Assembly (NCBI GenBank): GCA_963737265.1
Contig: CAVTRY010000007.1
Span: 64,001-128,000 of the forward strand
Length of the DNA: 64,000 nt
Direction of reading: 5' to 3'
Source: an uncultured delta proteobacterium
GTDB lineage: Bacteria; Myxococcota_A; Polyangia; Fen-1088
Positions 9,401-20,404 of this stretch are shown here, piece after piece. The translations under genes and the position numbers were made by a program. The notes below the pieces were generated by a model that saw nothing but the letters and a program-made list of their open reading frames with translations, did no database searches and had not been told where the DNA came from. The stretch's first letter is position 1; each line of letters starts with the position of its first letter.

Positions 9401-12400
9401 CGGATAATCGCGCAGCTTCAGGTTCTCCTGGCGCGGGATCTTGAACTCCTCGCGCACCATCGCGAACACCTCGGCCTGTTTGACCGTGTCCACGCCGAGA
9501 TCGGCTTCCAGATCGAGGTCCAGCTCCAGCATGTCACGCGGATAGCCGGTCTTTTCCGCCACCATGCCCAGCACCTTTTCGACGATGGTGTTGTCAGACG
9601 GCGTGGCGGCGACCGCGGCTGGCGTCGCCGCGGAACTAGCGGCAGGCACCGCCGCCACCACCGCTGGGGTCGGCGAAGTCACCCCGGCGCGAACAACGCC
9701 GCTCTCCTCGACATAGCGAACCACGTGGCGAAGAGTCGGGTAGTCGCGCAGCTTCAGGTTGTCCTGGCGAGGAATGGTGAACGTTTCGCGCACCATCGCG
9801 AACACCTCGGCTTGCTTGACGGTGTCGACGCCCAGGTCGGCTTCTAGATCCAGGTCAAGCTCAAGCATGTCGCGCGGGTATCCGGTCTTTTCCGCGACGA
9901 TGCCTAGCACCTTATCGAGAACATCAGCGCCGGTTGAAAGCACCGCCGCGACGGCAATCGGCGCCGTCGCGATGGGCGCCACCGCAGCAGCGGGCAAGGC
10001 CGGAACCGGCGCACCAGCCAGATCCGGCCGGCCACTTTGTACATAACCAACCACGTGACGCAGCGTCGGGTAGTCGCGCAACTTGAGGTTGTCCTGGCGA
10101 GGAATAGCAAACTCCTCGCGCACCATCGCGAATACCTCGGCCTGCTTGACGGTGTCGATGCCGAGATCCGCTTCGAGGTCGAGGTCCGGATCCAGCATGT
10201 CGCGGGGATACCCGGTCTTCTCGGCCACGATGCCGAGCACTTTGTCGAGGACGCTGCCACCCGCGAGAACAATCGGCGCTGCCGCCGTCAGTGTCGGCGC
10301 GGGCGCCGGAAGGGTCGCGGGCGCCGTTGCGGCCAAAGGCACAGTCTTCGCCACCGGTGTCACGGTGGTAGCCACATCCGCAATCGTCGCGCTTGGCCCC
10401 GTGCCAGGCAGCCATTGCGACTGCGCCGGTTCGCGCGCGGGCTGTCCGGCGTCCTTGATGCGTAGGGTTCTCTTGTGCACTTCCAGGCCGGGCGCGGCGT
10501 AGCCGGACACATCGGCCAACCAACGGTCGTAGGTTGCCTGATCGGCGATACGCTGTTCAACGCCCGGCACGCGCCGAAGCAGCGACATGGCGATCTGCGA
10601 TCCGAAGCCGGCGGCCAGGCGCAGGGCGAACTTCACCGGGTAGTGACCGCCGCGCGACAGATTGAGCGTGCCCAGCTCCGGATCGGGCTCGCGGAAATTG
10701 GGCACAGGCGGCACGATCTGCTTTTCCAGGATCTTGACCGCCACGGCGTCCTCGACGCCGACCCCCATGGGATGACCGGTGAAGCCCTTGGTGTTGGCCA
10801 CGACCAAATCATCGGCCGCGGCGCCGAAGGTCTTACGCAAAGCGAACACCTCGGCCGCCGCGCTGCCGCCGCGCGCGGGCGTGTAGGTTTCGTGCGAGAT
10901 GAAGGCCAGCTCCTTGGCCATGGCTTGGCGATGGAGACCGTGCCGACGCTCAACCGTCGACACGAGCTTCTCCATCACGCCTTCGATGTGCGAGACGTCG
11001 AGGCGCGTGCCGTGAAAGGCGCTGTTGGCGAATTCCGTGCCCAGCACCTCGACCACGCCGCGCATGCCGCGTTCGCGCACGGCATCCTCAGACTCGATGA
11101 CCAGCGCGCAAGCACCCATGCCCATCAACATGCCGTGGCGGCGGCGATCGAACGGCAGAGCGGCGCGCTCGACCACGTTCTCGGTCGTGGCGGCGCCCGT
11201 GGCCAAGAAACCCGCGCCCATCCATTCCAGCAGATTGTCCGAGGTCAAATCGTCCGCGCCAATCACGATCACGCGACGGCAACGTCCCATACGGATCCAG
11301 TCTTCGGCCATCCCCACCGCAACCGTGGTCGACGCGCAAGCCGAGTTGACCTGGGTGTTGGGGCCGCGAATACCGAGCATCTCGGCGAACTGGGCATGAC
11401 CCATGGACAGAACGCGGAACATGAAGCCGCGGTCGAATTGAAAGTCGCTCTTCGTTTCGCGGGCTTCGTAGAAGCGGCGGATTTCGCTCACCAGGTTGTC
11501 GTAGCCGGGAAAGGCCGAGGCGAAGATCACCCCGGTTTCGTCCGCCATGGCGAGCGGCAGGCGCCAGCGATCCGGCAAGTAGCTGCCGGTGGTAGTCCGC
11601 CGATAGTGGCGAACGAGCGGGATGCCGGCGTCGCGCAGAGCCTCGATGCCGGCGCCGATAGCGAGCGCGGTGGTGGTATCGAAGACGTCGCTACGCTCTC
11701 TCGACACGCCGAATTCCTCGACCAAATTGAAGGCGCCCTTGCGGCCCGCCAAGCGAATGACCTCGTCGACCGACTGGATAGGTTCCAGGCTGGGCTCGCC
11801 GACTTCGCGCTTGTGCAGACGGACGATGTTCTTGCCCAGCATGCGCTCACGCAACACCGGCGGTACGGGCTCGATGAAGGACTCGCCGGCCAAAATGCGA
11901 TCCACATTGCTGTCGTCGAAGACGCGGCGGCTTTCCCCCGGCAGGCCCAATCCCGCGCCCGAAATCACGATGGAGCCTCCTGTCCGCGAAGGCTCGGGCG
12001 CTGGTGCTCGACCTCCGCTTCCTTGGTAGAGCGACAAACCCTCGTCGAGAAAACGCGCGAACAAACGTCCCAGGCCCTCGTAGTCCGTCGGGCCGGCGGC
12101 GGCGGATGGTAAGCCGGAAGATGAACCCGAAGATGAACCAATCCGATTCGTGCTCATGGCGATGGAAGCTCCATTCGATTGCGTGGGATTGTCGCTCGGG
12201 GCCGCGTTGCGCGCAGCCGGAGCGGCGGTTTGGATCTCTCGAATCCGGGCCAGCAGTTCTGGCCTGGGAATGCCCGCGGCGTACAGGCAGCACATGGCAT
12301 CGTGGAACGAGCGCACGCCGCCCCGCTTGGGGTGATTGGTGGATAGACAAAGGACGTCGTGCTTGTCCTCAAGCACGTTCTCGGCGAGCGCTTGCAGCGC

Positions 12401-15077
12401 GCGCTTGGGGCCGACTTCGACGAAGATGCGCGCGCCCTCGCGGTAGCAGGTTTCGATGCCCTTGACGAACTGGACCGACGACGCCATCTGGTCCGCCAGG
12501 CGGCGACGGATAAGCTCCATGTCGTTTGTCGGATAGAGCTGTCCGTCGATGTTGCCAACCAGCGGGATGCTGGGCGGATTGAGCTGCATCTCGCAGATGG
12601 TTCGGTAGAGGGCATCCGCGGCGGGCGCAACCACCTTGCTGTGGAAGGCGTGCGACACGGGAATGATCTGCGCGGTCATGCCGCGATTGTTGAAGTAGTC
12701 GACCGCGCGATCCACGGCGTCGCTGGCACCGGCAATCACCGTCTGTTTCTTGCTGTTCATGTTGGCCGGCGTAAGATAGCCGCCGATCTCGGGCAAGCGC
12801 CGCACGATCTCGTCCGTGGGACCCAGCACCGAGGCCATCTTGCCCTTGTCGCCGATGGACACCGAAGCCATGGCGCGAGCACGCGCGCTTACCGCCACCA
12901 GCGCCTCGGAGAAATTGATCATGCGGGCGCAGACGGCGGCCGCCCATTCGCCCAGGCTGTGCCCCATCACCATATCGGGGACGACGCCATGCTTCGCCAG
13001 CAAGCGCATGATGGCGATGTCGGTCGCCACCATGGCGGGCTGGCAGATGGTCGTGTCCTTGAGCGCCTCTTCGGCATCTTCCATGGCTGCCGCGTCGTTC
13101 GCGTCCCGATAGACGTAGCTGGTCAGCGGGCGGCCAAGAACGGGAGCCATCGTCCGATCGGCTTCCGCGAAGGTTTCGCGTACGATGGGATCGGGAACAT
13201 CGGCCAGCATGTTGACGTACTGGGATCCCTGGCCGGGAAAGAGAAAGGCAACCTTGCCCGCCGGGCCCTGGCGAAAATGAATGCCCTTGGTTTGCAGGAT
13301 CCGCCATTTTCTGGCGTCGTTCTTGTCGAGGGCGTTCGAGCGCGCTCTCGCACTTCTTCGCCAGCTCTTCCGCCTTCTCAAAAGCGATGACCAAGCGAGT
13401 GTGGGCGCCCAGAAAATCCGCGCCGGGCGGCGTGCCGTCGGGAACCTTGCCGGCCTGGGCATCGGCCAGCGCTTGGACGAGGCGCGCACGTACCGAGCCA
13501 GCATCAGCGCCACCCACGGCAAGCATGTGGCCGAGAAGCGATGGCCGGTTGTCGGTTCCTCCGGAAACGGCGACCGAGCCTGGAGCCAAGGAGGAACCGC
13601 TGTCATAGGAGGCCGGAACCTGCGCCACTGGCTGCCGTTTGCCGATCATGCCGGGCACGTACTCCTCGACCACGACGTGAAAATTCGTACCACCAAAGCC
13701 GAAAGCCGAGACGCCGCAGCGCCGGGGCGCGAACGACGGTCGCTCCCACGGCCGCGCCTTGGTATTCACTTCGAACGGGATCTTGTCGAAGGGAATGGCC
13801 GGGCTGCGCACGTCGCAGTTGATGGACGGCGGCAGGATCTTGTGGTGGCAGGCAAGCACCGCTTTGAGCAGGCCCGCGGCGCCCGCGGCGCTCTTGAGGT
13901 GGCCGATCTGCGACTTGACCGAACCCAACGCGATTTTGTGCTTGATGGGCGTGCCTTCCGCCAACACGCTGGCGGCGCTCTCCATTTCGGACAGGTCGCC
14001 CACCTGGGTCGACGTCCCGTGGCCTTCGAGCAAGGTCATGGTCGCCGGATCGAGGCCGGCACGACGCCACGCCCGTTGGATGGCCAGGCGCTGTCCAATG
14101 GGATTAGGGGCCGTGATGCCCTTACCGCGACCGTCGCTCGCCCCGCCCACGCCGCGAATCACGGCGTAAATCTTGTCGCCGGCTTTTTCCGCGTCCTCCA
14201 GGCGCTTGCACACGAAGAAGGCACCGCCCTCGCCCATGACGAAGCCATTGGCGCCGGCGGCGTAGGGACGCGAGCCATCCGGCGACAAGGCGCCGATCTT
14301 GGAGAATTTGATGAAGGTGGTGGCACCCATGTTGCGGTCCATGCCGCCCGTCAGCGCCACTTCGAAGTGGTGATCGGCCAGGCTGTCCATGGCCGCCTGC
14401 ACGCCCGCCAAGGCCGACGCGCAGGCCGCGTCGGTGGTGAAATTGGGACCGCGCAGGTTGTAAACCGCGGCCACGCGACCGGCGACGATGTTGGTGAGCT
14501 CGCCCGGCATGGTGTCTTCGTTGGTATCCGGCCACCGTCGGTTGATCTCGGCGGAAAAGTCGGCCACCAGGGCAGCGCGTGCCGACTCGGGCAAGACCTT
14601 GAACGCGGCAGTCGCGCCGATGGCGTGCAGGTATTCGGGAAGCGCCAGACGATGCACGGTCTCATAGTGGCGCTCGCCACCCATGGCGTTGCCCACGATG
14701 ACCGCGGTCGATTCGGTGTCGAGTGGGCGGTCGGGATGGCCGGTGTCGCGCAGGGCTTCGCCTGCACACAGCAGTGCCCACTTTTGCCCTTCGTCCATGG
14801 CCATCGCCACGCGCGGTGGGATCTTAAACTTGGTCGAGTCGAACGAAACGCCGCTGACCCAGCCGCCGATTTTCGAATAGGTCTTGCCCGGCGCCTTGGG
14901 ATCGGGATCGTAGTAATCGGCGGCGCTCCAGCGCGCGGGGCTCACCTCGGTGATCGAATTCCTGCCTTCAAGCACGTTGCGCCAGAAACTCGGCGCATCG
15001 GATGAACCGGGCAAAATCGCGCCCACGCCCACAACTGCAATGGCGCGTTCGGCCGGATCCCGTGTCGAACTACTCAT
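6433..15077 (-). CDS. Iterative type I PKS/Pfa-like synthase KS-AT-KS-ACPx4-KR-DH (~2880 aa), split by two +1 frameshifts (~13335, ~8144)
   Basis: KS1 DAACAS/HGTST/GHLKSAAG; AT GHSLG and VSHAFHS (malonyl type); KS2 NSACAS/HETYT/GHPMG; four ACP repeats DLEADLG(I/V)DTVKQ; KR TGGAGAI and ADYSAGN; DH HAIDGIPVLPG. The three ORFs join in domain order. Confidence 0.9.
9288..9337 (-). repeat. Hexamer-type (GCCACG)n repeat encoding an Ala-Thr inter-ACP linker
   Basis: GTGGCC/GTGGTC/GTGGCT tandem units on + strand, encoding ATATATATTTATATTTAT. Confidence 0.6.
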
Positions 15078-15175
15078 CGATCAACTTCCTCCAACTTCGA
15101 TCCTGGTGACAGAACAAGGCAGTCGCAGCCCGGTTCCATACCTCGGTTTACTTCCTTGGCTAGCACGTGAGACTG

Positions 15176-16840
15176 TCACTGCGGCAACGCCGCATCTTGC
15201 TCGACGATGGCCTTGGCAACTATCTCAAGGTCGGCCATGAGCCCCTTGGCCGAGGCGTGAATGGCGCTCGACTGCAAGGCGCGCTCGAATTCCGCCATCG
15301 CCGCGTCGTCGACGGCATCCATGCCGCGAACCAGACGAACGCCACCGGCCAGGACATCGAGCGCGGTGTCGCGCGCGCAGATCCGCGACATGACCTTCAC
15401 CACGCTGGGGGCGAAAAATGGTGCGTACTTTTCCGGCGCACGACCGGCGGCGTAGCGAGCAAAATTGGCCGCGATTTCGGCGCGCGACATGAGCTCGCCA
15501 AGTTGGAAAAGCACGTGCTGATTGCGAGTGAGCCGGCCGACGCGGCAACGTTCGGTGATTTCGAGCACGGCCCTGACGGCCAGGGCGGCGACGTCGGCGC
15601 CGACCTGACTATCTTCGCGGTGCAAGGCTTCGAGCGATTCGGCCATCTTACGATAGAAGCCGCCGCGCTCTTGCAGGTGGATGCGCCATCGGTCGCGCGA
15701 CACCGTCCACTGCATGATTTCGCTCGTTCCCTCGTAAATGGTGGTGATGCGCACGTCGCGACGGATCTGCTCCACCGCGTATTCCTTGGTGTAGCCGTAG
15801 CCACCCATGGCCTGCACTGCTGCGTCCGCGGCGGCGTTGCCCTCCTCGGTGGCGAACAGCTTCACGATGGCGCCCTCGGTTTGCAGCTCGGGTTCGCCCG
15901 CGTCCAGGCGATGTGCGACTTCCTCGATGTAGGCGCGCGCGGCTTCCAGCTTGACCACGTGAGGAACGATGAGCTTGTTCATGTAGCCCTGCTTTTCAGC
16001 CAGGGGCGATCCCGCCTGCACGCGCTCGCGCGCGTAGCGGATGGCCTTGAGCATGGCCGCCACGCCGCCGCCCAAGCCAAAAGCCGCGACCATCAGGCGC
16101 GTAAATCCAAATACCGACTGCGCGTGGATAAGTCCCTTGCCCTCGACGCCGCCAAGAAGGTTTTCCTTGGGAACGAAGACGTCCTCGAAGACGACCGGCG
16201 AGGTGTTCGACGAACGAATGCCGTGCTTGTTTTCATGTTTGCCTGGAATCAGTCCCGGCGTGCCCTTTTCGACCAGGAAGAACGTTGGTCCTTCGGTAGT
16301 CGCGGCCAAGACCGAATAGAGCTGGGCGTAGCCGCCGTTCGAGATGAACTGCTTGGTGCCGCTTATCTTGTAGCCTTTGAGCTCGCCGTTCTCGATCACG
16401 CGCTCGGCCTTGGTGCGGATGGCCGACAGCTCGCTGCCAGCGAGCGGCTCGGTCACGGCGTAGGCGACAATCAACCCCTCGTCGCCTATGCGCCGAAGCC
16501 AGTGCTTGCGCTGTTCCTCGGTAGAACCCACGACGATGGGATCGGTTCCGAGAAAGATGGCCAAGAAGGCCGTCGCGACACCGAGATCCAAGCGTGCCAT
16601 TTCCTCGGACACGCGGTACACGTCGTAGGCCGAACCGCCGAGCCCGCCGAGATCCTCGGGAATGAAGAGCAAATGTAGGCCAATCTCCGGCCCGAGCAGA
16701 TCCTGGATGAGACCGAGCGGGAACTCATCCTTCTCGTCGAGCTCGAGGCGAACCTTGGCCGGCAGCTTCTGCTTGCCAAACGACCCGAGGGTGTCGAGAA
16801 GCATGTTGAGCGATTCTTTGTCGAGTCCTGCGTTCTTCAT
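15176..16840 (-). CDS. Acyl-CoA dehydrogenase family protein with C-terminal extension
   Basis: AYAVTEPLAGS, GTKQFISNG, KHGIRSS, MGGYGY, IYEGTSEI. Co-oriented about 100 bp upstream of the PKS. Confidence 0.92.
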   Translation of the reverse strand: MKNAGLDKESLNMLLDTLGSFGKQKLPAKVRLELDEKDEFPLGLIQDLLGPEIGLHLLFIPEDLGGLGGSAYDVYRVSEEMARLDLGVATAFLAIFLGTDPIVVGSTEEQRKHWLRRIGDEGLIVAYAVTEPLAGSELSAIRTKAERVIENGELKGYKISGTKQFISNGGYAQLYSVLAATTEGPTFFLVEKGTPGLIPGKHENKHGIRSSNTSPVVFEDVFVPKENLLGGVEGKGLIHAQSVFGFTRLMVAAFGLGGGVAAMLKAIRYARERVQAGSPLAEKQGYMNKLIVPHVVKLEAARAYIEEVAHRLDAGEPELQTEGAIVKLFATEEGNAAADAAVQAMGGYGYTKEYAVEQIRRDVRITTIYEGTSEIMQWTVSRDRWRIHLQERGGFYRKMAESLEALHREDSQVGADVAALAVRAVLEITERCRVGRLTRNQHVLFQLGELMSRAEIAANFARYAAGRAPEKYAPFFAPSVVKVMSRICARDTALDVLAGGVRLVRGMDAVDDAAMAEFERALQSSAIHASAKGLMADLEIVAKAIVEQDAALPQ

Positions 16841-17111
16841 TTCGTGTCTTGTCTCCTGCACGGATCTTCGTCGAAAGGCAATCCCCGCCTGCGCGGCGGA
16901 CGATGCTGGCACAAGCTGGCCTAGAATCAAAACAGGGATCGACGGCGCAATCCGTCGACCCCTGCTTCGCGATACAACTACCTGTAATTATTAGTCACGA
17001 TCTGACGCGTCCGGATTGCAGACTTTGCCCTGGTCTAACCCGGATCCGTGCTGCGCGGGAAACTCCGCGAAATCGAAACACCACGCAGCCCCGTCGACTC
17101 GGCCTGGGCCG

Positions 17112-17537
17112 CTATTTCCAGCGGCTGTCCCCGCCTTCCTTTTCCTTTTCCTTTTCCTTCTTGGCCTTCTCCGCGGCTTTCTCCTTTTCGCGCTGAGCCT
17201 GGGCCTTTTTTGCCTCGGCCTGGGCCTTTTTATCCTTCTCTTTGATCTTTTTGAGCGCCAGCTCCGCCGCCTTTTCCTCGTCGTGTCGACGTTTGGCTGC
17301 GCACTCGGGCGGCTCGCAGTCGTTCTCGCACGCGCACTTGAGCTTCGCCTTGCTCACCCTGTTGCAGTGGCACTTGTCGTCCTTGTCGCGGTAGCAACCG
17401 CACGCATTGATCTCCGTGGCAGCGGGTGGAGGCTCGGCTTCGACCTGGGAATCGCCCTTCTTTGCTTTCGCCTGGGAAAGAGGAGCGAAGAATGTCACCA
17501 GGCCAAGCACCATCATTGTGGAAAGCAGCAGCCGCAT
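17112..17537 (-). CDS. Secreted Cys-rich, Lys/Glu-rich hypothetical protein
   Basis: Signal peptide MRLLLSTMMVLGLVTFFAPLSQA, 8-Cys cluster, charged tail; AGGAG RBS. Confidence 0.65.
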   Translation of the reverse strand: MRLLLSTMMVLGLVTFFAPLSQAKAKKGDSQVEAEPPPAATEINACGCYRDKDDKCHCNRVSKAKLKCACENDCEPPECAAKRRHDEEKAAELALKKIKEKDKKAQAEAKKAQAQREKEKAAEKAKKEKEKEKEGGDSRWK

Positions 17538-17660
17538 GGCGTTCTCCTTTGCAGGCCAATTACCACGGGTCTGGCGCCCGGTGCAATGGGCAGCGACGCC
17601 CTTTTGCATCTTGCGCCAACGAGCGGCCGGCATCATGATCCGCGTTTTGGGGAATCATCC

Positions 17661-17855
17661 ATGGGCCAAAGTCTGATGTCGCGCGACAAATCCGAAGCAA
17701 AGAAGAAAGGGCTCTTCGCTGTCTCGGCCTGGGCGGGCGCCGGTGCGCTGGTTCTCTACCACGCCCCATTCCTAGGGCTGCTGGCCGGCGGCGCGGCGGC
17801 GTACTTGACCTACCGCTGGTTCATGTTCCGCGCCAGGCGGGGAATGCGTTTCTAG
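17661..17855 (+). CDS. Small two-TM membrane protein
   Basis: 64 aa, two hydrophobic helices, basic C-terminus (FMFRARRGMRF). Confidence 0.55.
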   Translation: MGQSLMSRDKSEAKKKGLFAVSAWAGAGALVLYHAPFLGLLAGGAAAYLTYRWFMFRARRGMRF

Positions 17856-17910
17856 ACTAATCGCGTCTCGCGTGGCGCGAGGACCTCCGCCACGCGATGT
17901 CATATCTGCG

Positions 17911-18546
17911 TCATGGCTGCATGAACAGCGGGGGCCCCGTTGGCGCCTGCTCTTCGCCGGACGGGCTACCCGATTGCGTGGTCCTCGCCACGCGGTGGAA
18001 CGTGACGGGAAAATCGACTTGCACGCCCTTGCCCTCGAAGGTCGGGAATCGGATGTTCTGAACGACGTGGCGGATGCAGCGCTCGGCGTCACCTGAAGCG
18101 CCATTCAAACGCACCAGGCTGGGCTTGCCGCTTGGATCCGCCTCGAAGGAGATGGCCACCATCGGATCTTCAGACGACGGCGAGAAGCAAGCAGCGACCG
18201 ACGAGACAGCACCCTGCAGTGCCCGGTTCAGCACATCTCGGGTAAGCCCGTGGGGATCGCCGTTTAAGGTGCCGACCGGACCGCTCTGCGGCCCGGCCAC
18301 CGGCTGCACAGCGGCCGACGCGGGATCGTCGGCGATTACCACGGGCGCGATGGGCGTTCCACCTGAGGTTCTGAGCTCGATAGGCTTGGCTGTAGATGTC
18401 GGCTCTGACGCGACGGCGGTATTGCCCCTCGGTAGCGGCGGAGGTCGATTGGAACTACCGCTGCACGCGACAACGCCTGCAAGCGCAACAAACACCAGCC
18501 TGGCGCCGTGCGCGGCCGAACCGCTATGTGACACGTGGCTGGACAT
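17911..18546 (-). CDS. Lipoprotein with TonB-C/AgmX-PglI-like C-terminal domain
   Basis: Lipobox VVAC, Pro-rich linker, VAACF...AERCIRHVVQNIRFPTF...VDFPVTF resembling the GltG C-terminal fold. Confidence 0.6.
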   Translation of the reverse strand: MSSHVSHSGSAAHGARLVFVALAGVVACSGSSNRPPPLPRGNTAVASEPTSTAKPIELRTSGGTPIAPVVIADDPASAAVQPVAGPQSGPVGTLNGDPHGLTRDVLNRALQGAVSSVAACFSPSSEDPMVAISFEADPSGKPSLVRLNGASGDAERCIRHVVQNIRFPTFEGKGVQVDFPVTFHRVARTTQSGSPSGEEQAPTGPPLFMQP

Positions 18547-18573
18547 CCCCGGTGGTTTCCTCGACAGATCCGC

Positions 18574-18596
18574 AGTGTATCTTGATGTCGGCTGCT
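18574..18596 (-). promoter_or_regulatory. -10 (TACACT) and spacer half of a sigma70-like promoter split by the IS; -35 (TTCACA) now at 20395-20400
   Basis: The reconstructed empty site reads TTCACA-N17-TACACT on the minus strand, ending 27 bp before the lipoprotein ATG. Confidence 0.55.
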
Positions 18597-20377
18597 GGGT
18601 GGGTTGCACGGGCCCGGGTTCTGGTGGCGGCTGAAGGGCCCGTTTTCCGAGCGCGCTACGGGACGTTGATTCGAGGGCGAGTTGGTGGGTGGCGCGCTCG
18701 GAAAACGGGCCCTGGCGTGGTTCCCAAAATGGAAGGAATTTGCGTAGGAAGGAGATTCATGGCGATGCCTTCAGCTATCCAAGAAGGAGGCACCGCCATG
18801 AGACGACCCAATGTCGCAGGATTGACTTTGCAGGCTCTGGAACCGCTCGTCCAGAAATTGAACGAGCTCGAACAACAAGCGCTGCGCGGCGATGGCATGT
18901 CCGTGGCGACGCTGGGGGCTGCGCTGGCGACGACGTTGTCGACTGTGGGCCGAAGAGCCATGGAACTGGTCATCCAACAGGCCGCGCGGGCTCATGGACC
19001 TGGACAAGTCTGCACCTGTGGAAAGCAAGCCAAATCCAGAGGATTTGAGAGAACGACGTTCGTGGCGAGATTCGGTCGGGTGGAAGCCGATCGTCGACGC
19101 AACGAGTGTGTTTGCGGCCGCAGCTGGTTTGCCTTTGACGAGGCTTGGGGCCTTCCTGCGGGCGAATACGCCGACGATGTGCGCGAGGCGACCGAAAGGC
19201 TGGCCTGCCGGATGGGCAGCTTCGACGAGGCCGTCGAGGAACTCCGTTACCTGTGGGCCGTGGCTCCCGACGGGAGCACCGCCAAGCGATGGGTGACCGA
19301 AGATGGAACGCGTGCCGCCCAGGCCGCCCAGGCCGATGCCGAAGCCCATTGGAGCAAGTACGACCAACAGGTGCACGCCCAGGCTCGCGGTGACCTGTGT
19401 GCGCCCAAGCGTACAGAGGGCTTCGGCGTGATCGAGGTTGACGGTGTTCACGTCCTGACCTGGAAACCAGGACAAGAGCCACGGCGCAAAGCGACCGACG
19501 AGGCGAAGGCGCCGTCTGCGGTCCCGAACGCCACACAGTCGGCAGCGGTCAGCGAGACCGGCGAACGTGCCCTTCGCCATCAGGCGCCGAGTACCCTGTC
19601 CGAGGTCGCTGGCTCGCCCATGGGGCCCACCGGGCGCTCACCACGGGTCGCCGGCCGCGAGGTGTGCATGGGACTGACCTACCTCGGGGAACACGCCTGC
19701 GAGGAGAGCCCCGGCCGAGGCGTCTTGCTGGACCGGCGCTACGTCGCAACACTCAACGACCGAGACGGCTTTTGGCACAAGCTGCACGCCGCCGCCACGA
19801 CCCAGGGCGTGCTGTCTCGCCAGAAGGTAGTCCGTGTCTCCGACGGTGGCGCTTACTTCATCGAGCACAGCGACGAGATCTTCTGCGACCAGCCGTTGCT
19901 TGGCATCCTCGACTGCCAGCACGCCAAGCAGCATGTCTGGGAGGCAGGTCACAAGGTCGTGCCGGACAAGAAAGCAGTGCCATCTTGGGTCTTGCCACGT
20001 ACCGAGGCCATCATGGACGGCAAGGTCGACCAGGTGCTCTCGGGCCTCGCCCAAGAGCGGCAGCGTTCCACCGGCAGCCAAGCGGTCAAAGCCCTCGACG
20101 ACTTGACCGGCTACCTGAGCCGCCACAAGCACATGATGGACTACCCCGCATACCACGCTGCCGGCTATCCGCTGGCCAGTGCCGCCATCGAAAGCACCAA
20201 CAAGCGCCTCGTCGGCCGGCGCTGCAAGCAAGGCGGCATGCTCTGGAGCGAGGTCGGCCTTGAAGCCATGGTCGCGCTCAGGGTTGCCTTCTACAACCCG
20301 GGGGCCTGGCTCGCCCTCTGGCCTCACACCCAAGCCCAGCCGCCCAGTCATGAAACCCGGACCCGTGCAACCCACCC
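18597..20377 (+). mobile_element. Insertion sequence, prokaryotic Mutator-like (ISKra4/ISLre2-type), 1781 bp
   Basis: 24-bp terminal IRs (18597-18620, 20354-20377; 23/24, GGGTGGGTTGCACGGGYCCGGGTT). Flanked by a perfect 17-bp direct repeat TCTTGATGTCGGCTGCT (18580-18596, 20378-20394). Confidence 0.92.
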
Positions 20378-20399
20378 TCTTGATGTCGGCTGCTTGTGA
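18798..20399 (+). CDS. DDE transposase (Mutator-like/UPF0236)
   Basis: [21 protein letters not shown] (D-x2-H signature), [19 protein letters not shown]; N-terminal Cys pairs; AGGAGG RBS. Confidence 0.88.
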   Translation: MRRPNVAGLTLQALEPLVQKLNELEQQALRGDGMSVATLGAALATTLSTVGRRAMELVIQQAARAHGPGQVCTCGKQAKSRGFERTTFVARFGRVEADRRRNECVCGRSWFAFDEAWGLPAGEYADDVREATERLACRMGSFDEAVEELRYLWAVAPDGSTAKRWVTEDGTRAAQAAQADAEAHWSKYDQQVHAQARGDLCAPKRTEGFGVIEVDGVHVLTWKPGQEPRRKATDEAKAPSAVPNATQSAAVSETGERALRHQAPSTLSEVAGSPMGPTGRSPRVAGREVCMGLTYLGEHACEESPGRGVLLDRRYVATLNDRDGFWHKLHAAATTQGVLSRQKVVRVSDGGAYFIEHSDEIFCDQPLLGILDCQHAKQHVWEAGHKVVPDKKAVPSWVLPRTEAIMDGKVDQVLSGLAQERQRSTGSQAVKALDDLTGYLSRHKHMMDYPAYHAAGYPLASAAIESTNKRLVGRRCKQGGMLWSEVGLEAMVALRVAFYNPGAWLALWPHTQAQPPSHETRTRATHPLDVGCL

Positions 20400-20404
20400 A
20401 ATTG

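Noticed and set aside
9050-10260. Four ~200-bp direct repeats as a CRISPR or mobile array
   Set aside because: They are in-frame tandem ACP domains.
6433-15077. Three separate PKS genes or a PKS pseudogene
   Set aside because: Breaks fall mid-linker or mid-KR, the downstream ORFs lack credible starts, and single-base removal at a shared motif restores one ORF.
18396-18797. Extended transposase N-terminus from the ORF track
   Set aside because: Starts outside the left IR; the RBS supports ATG 18798.
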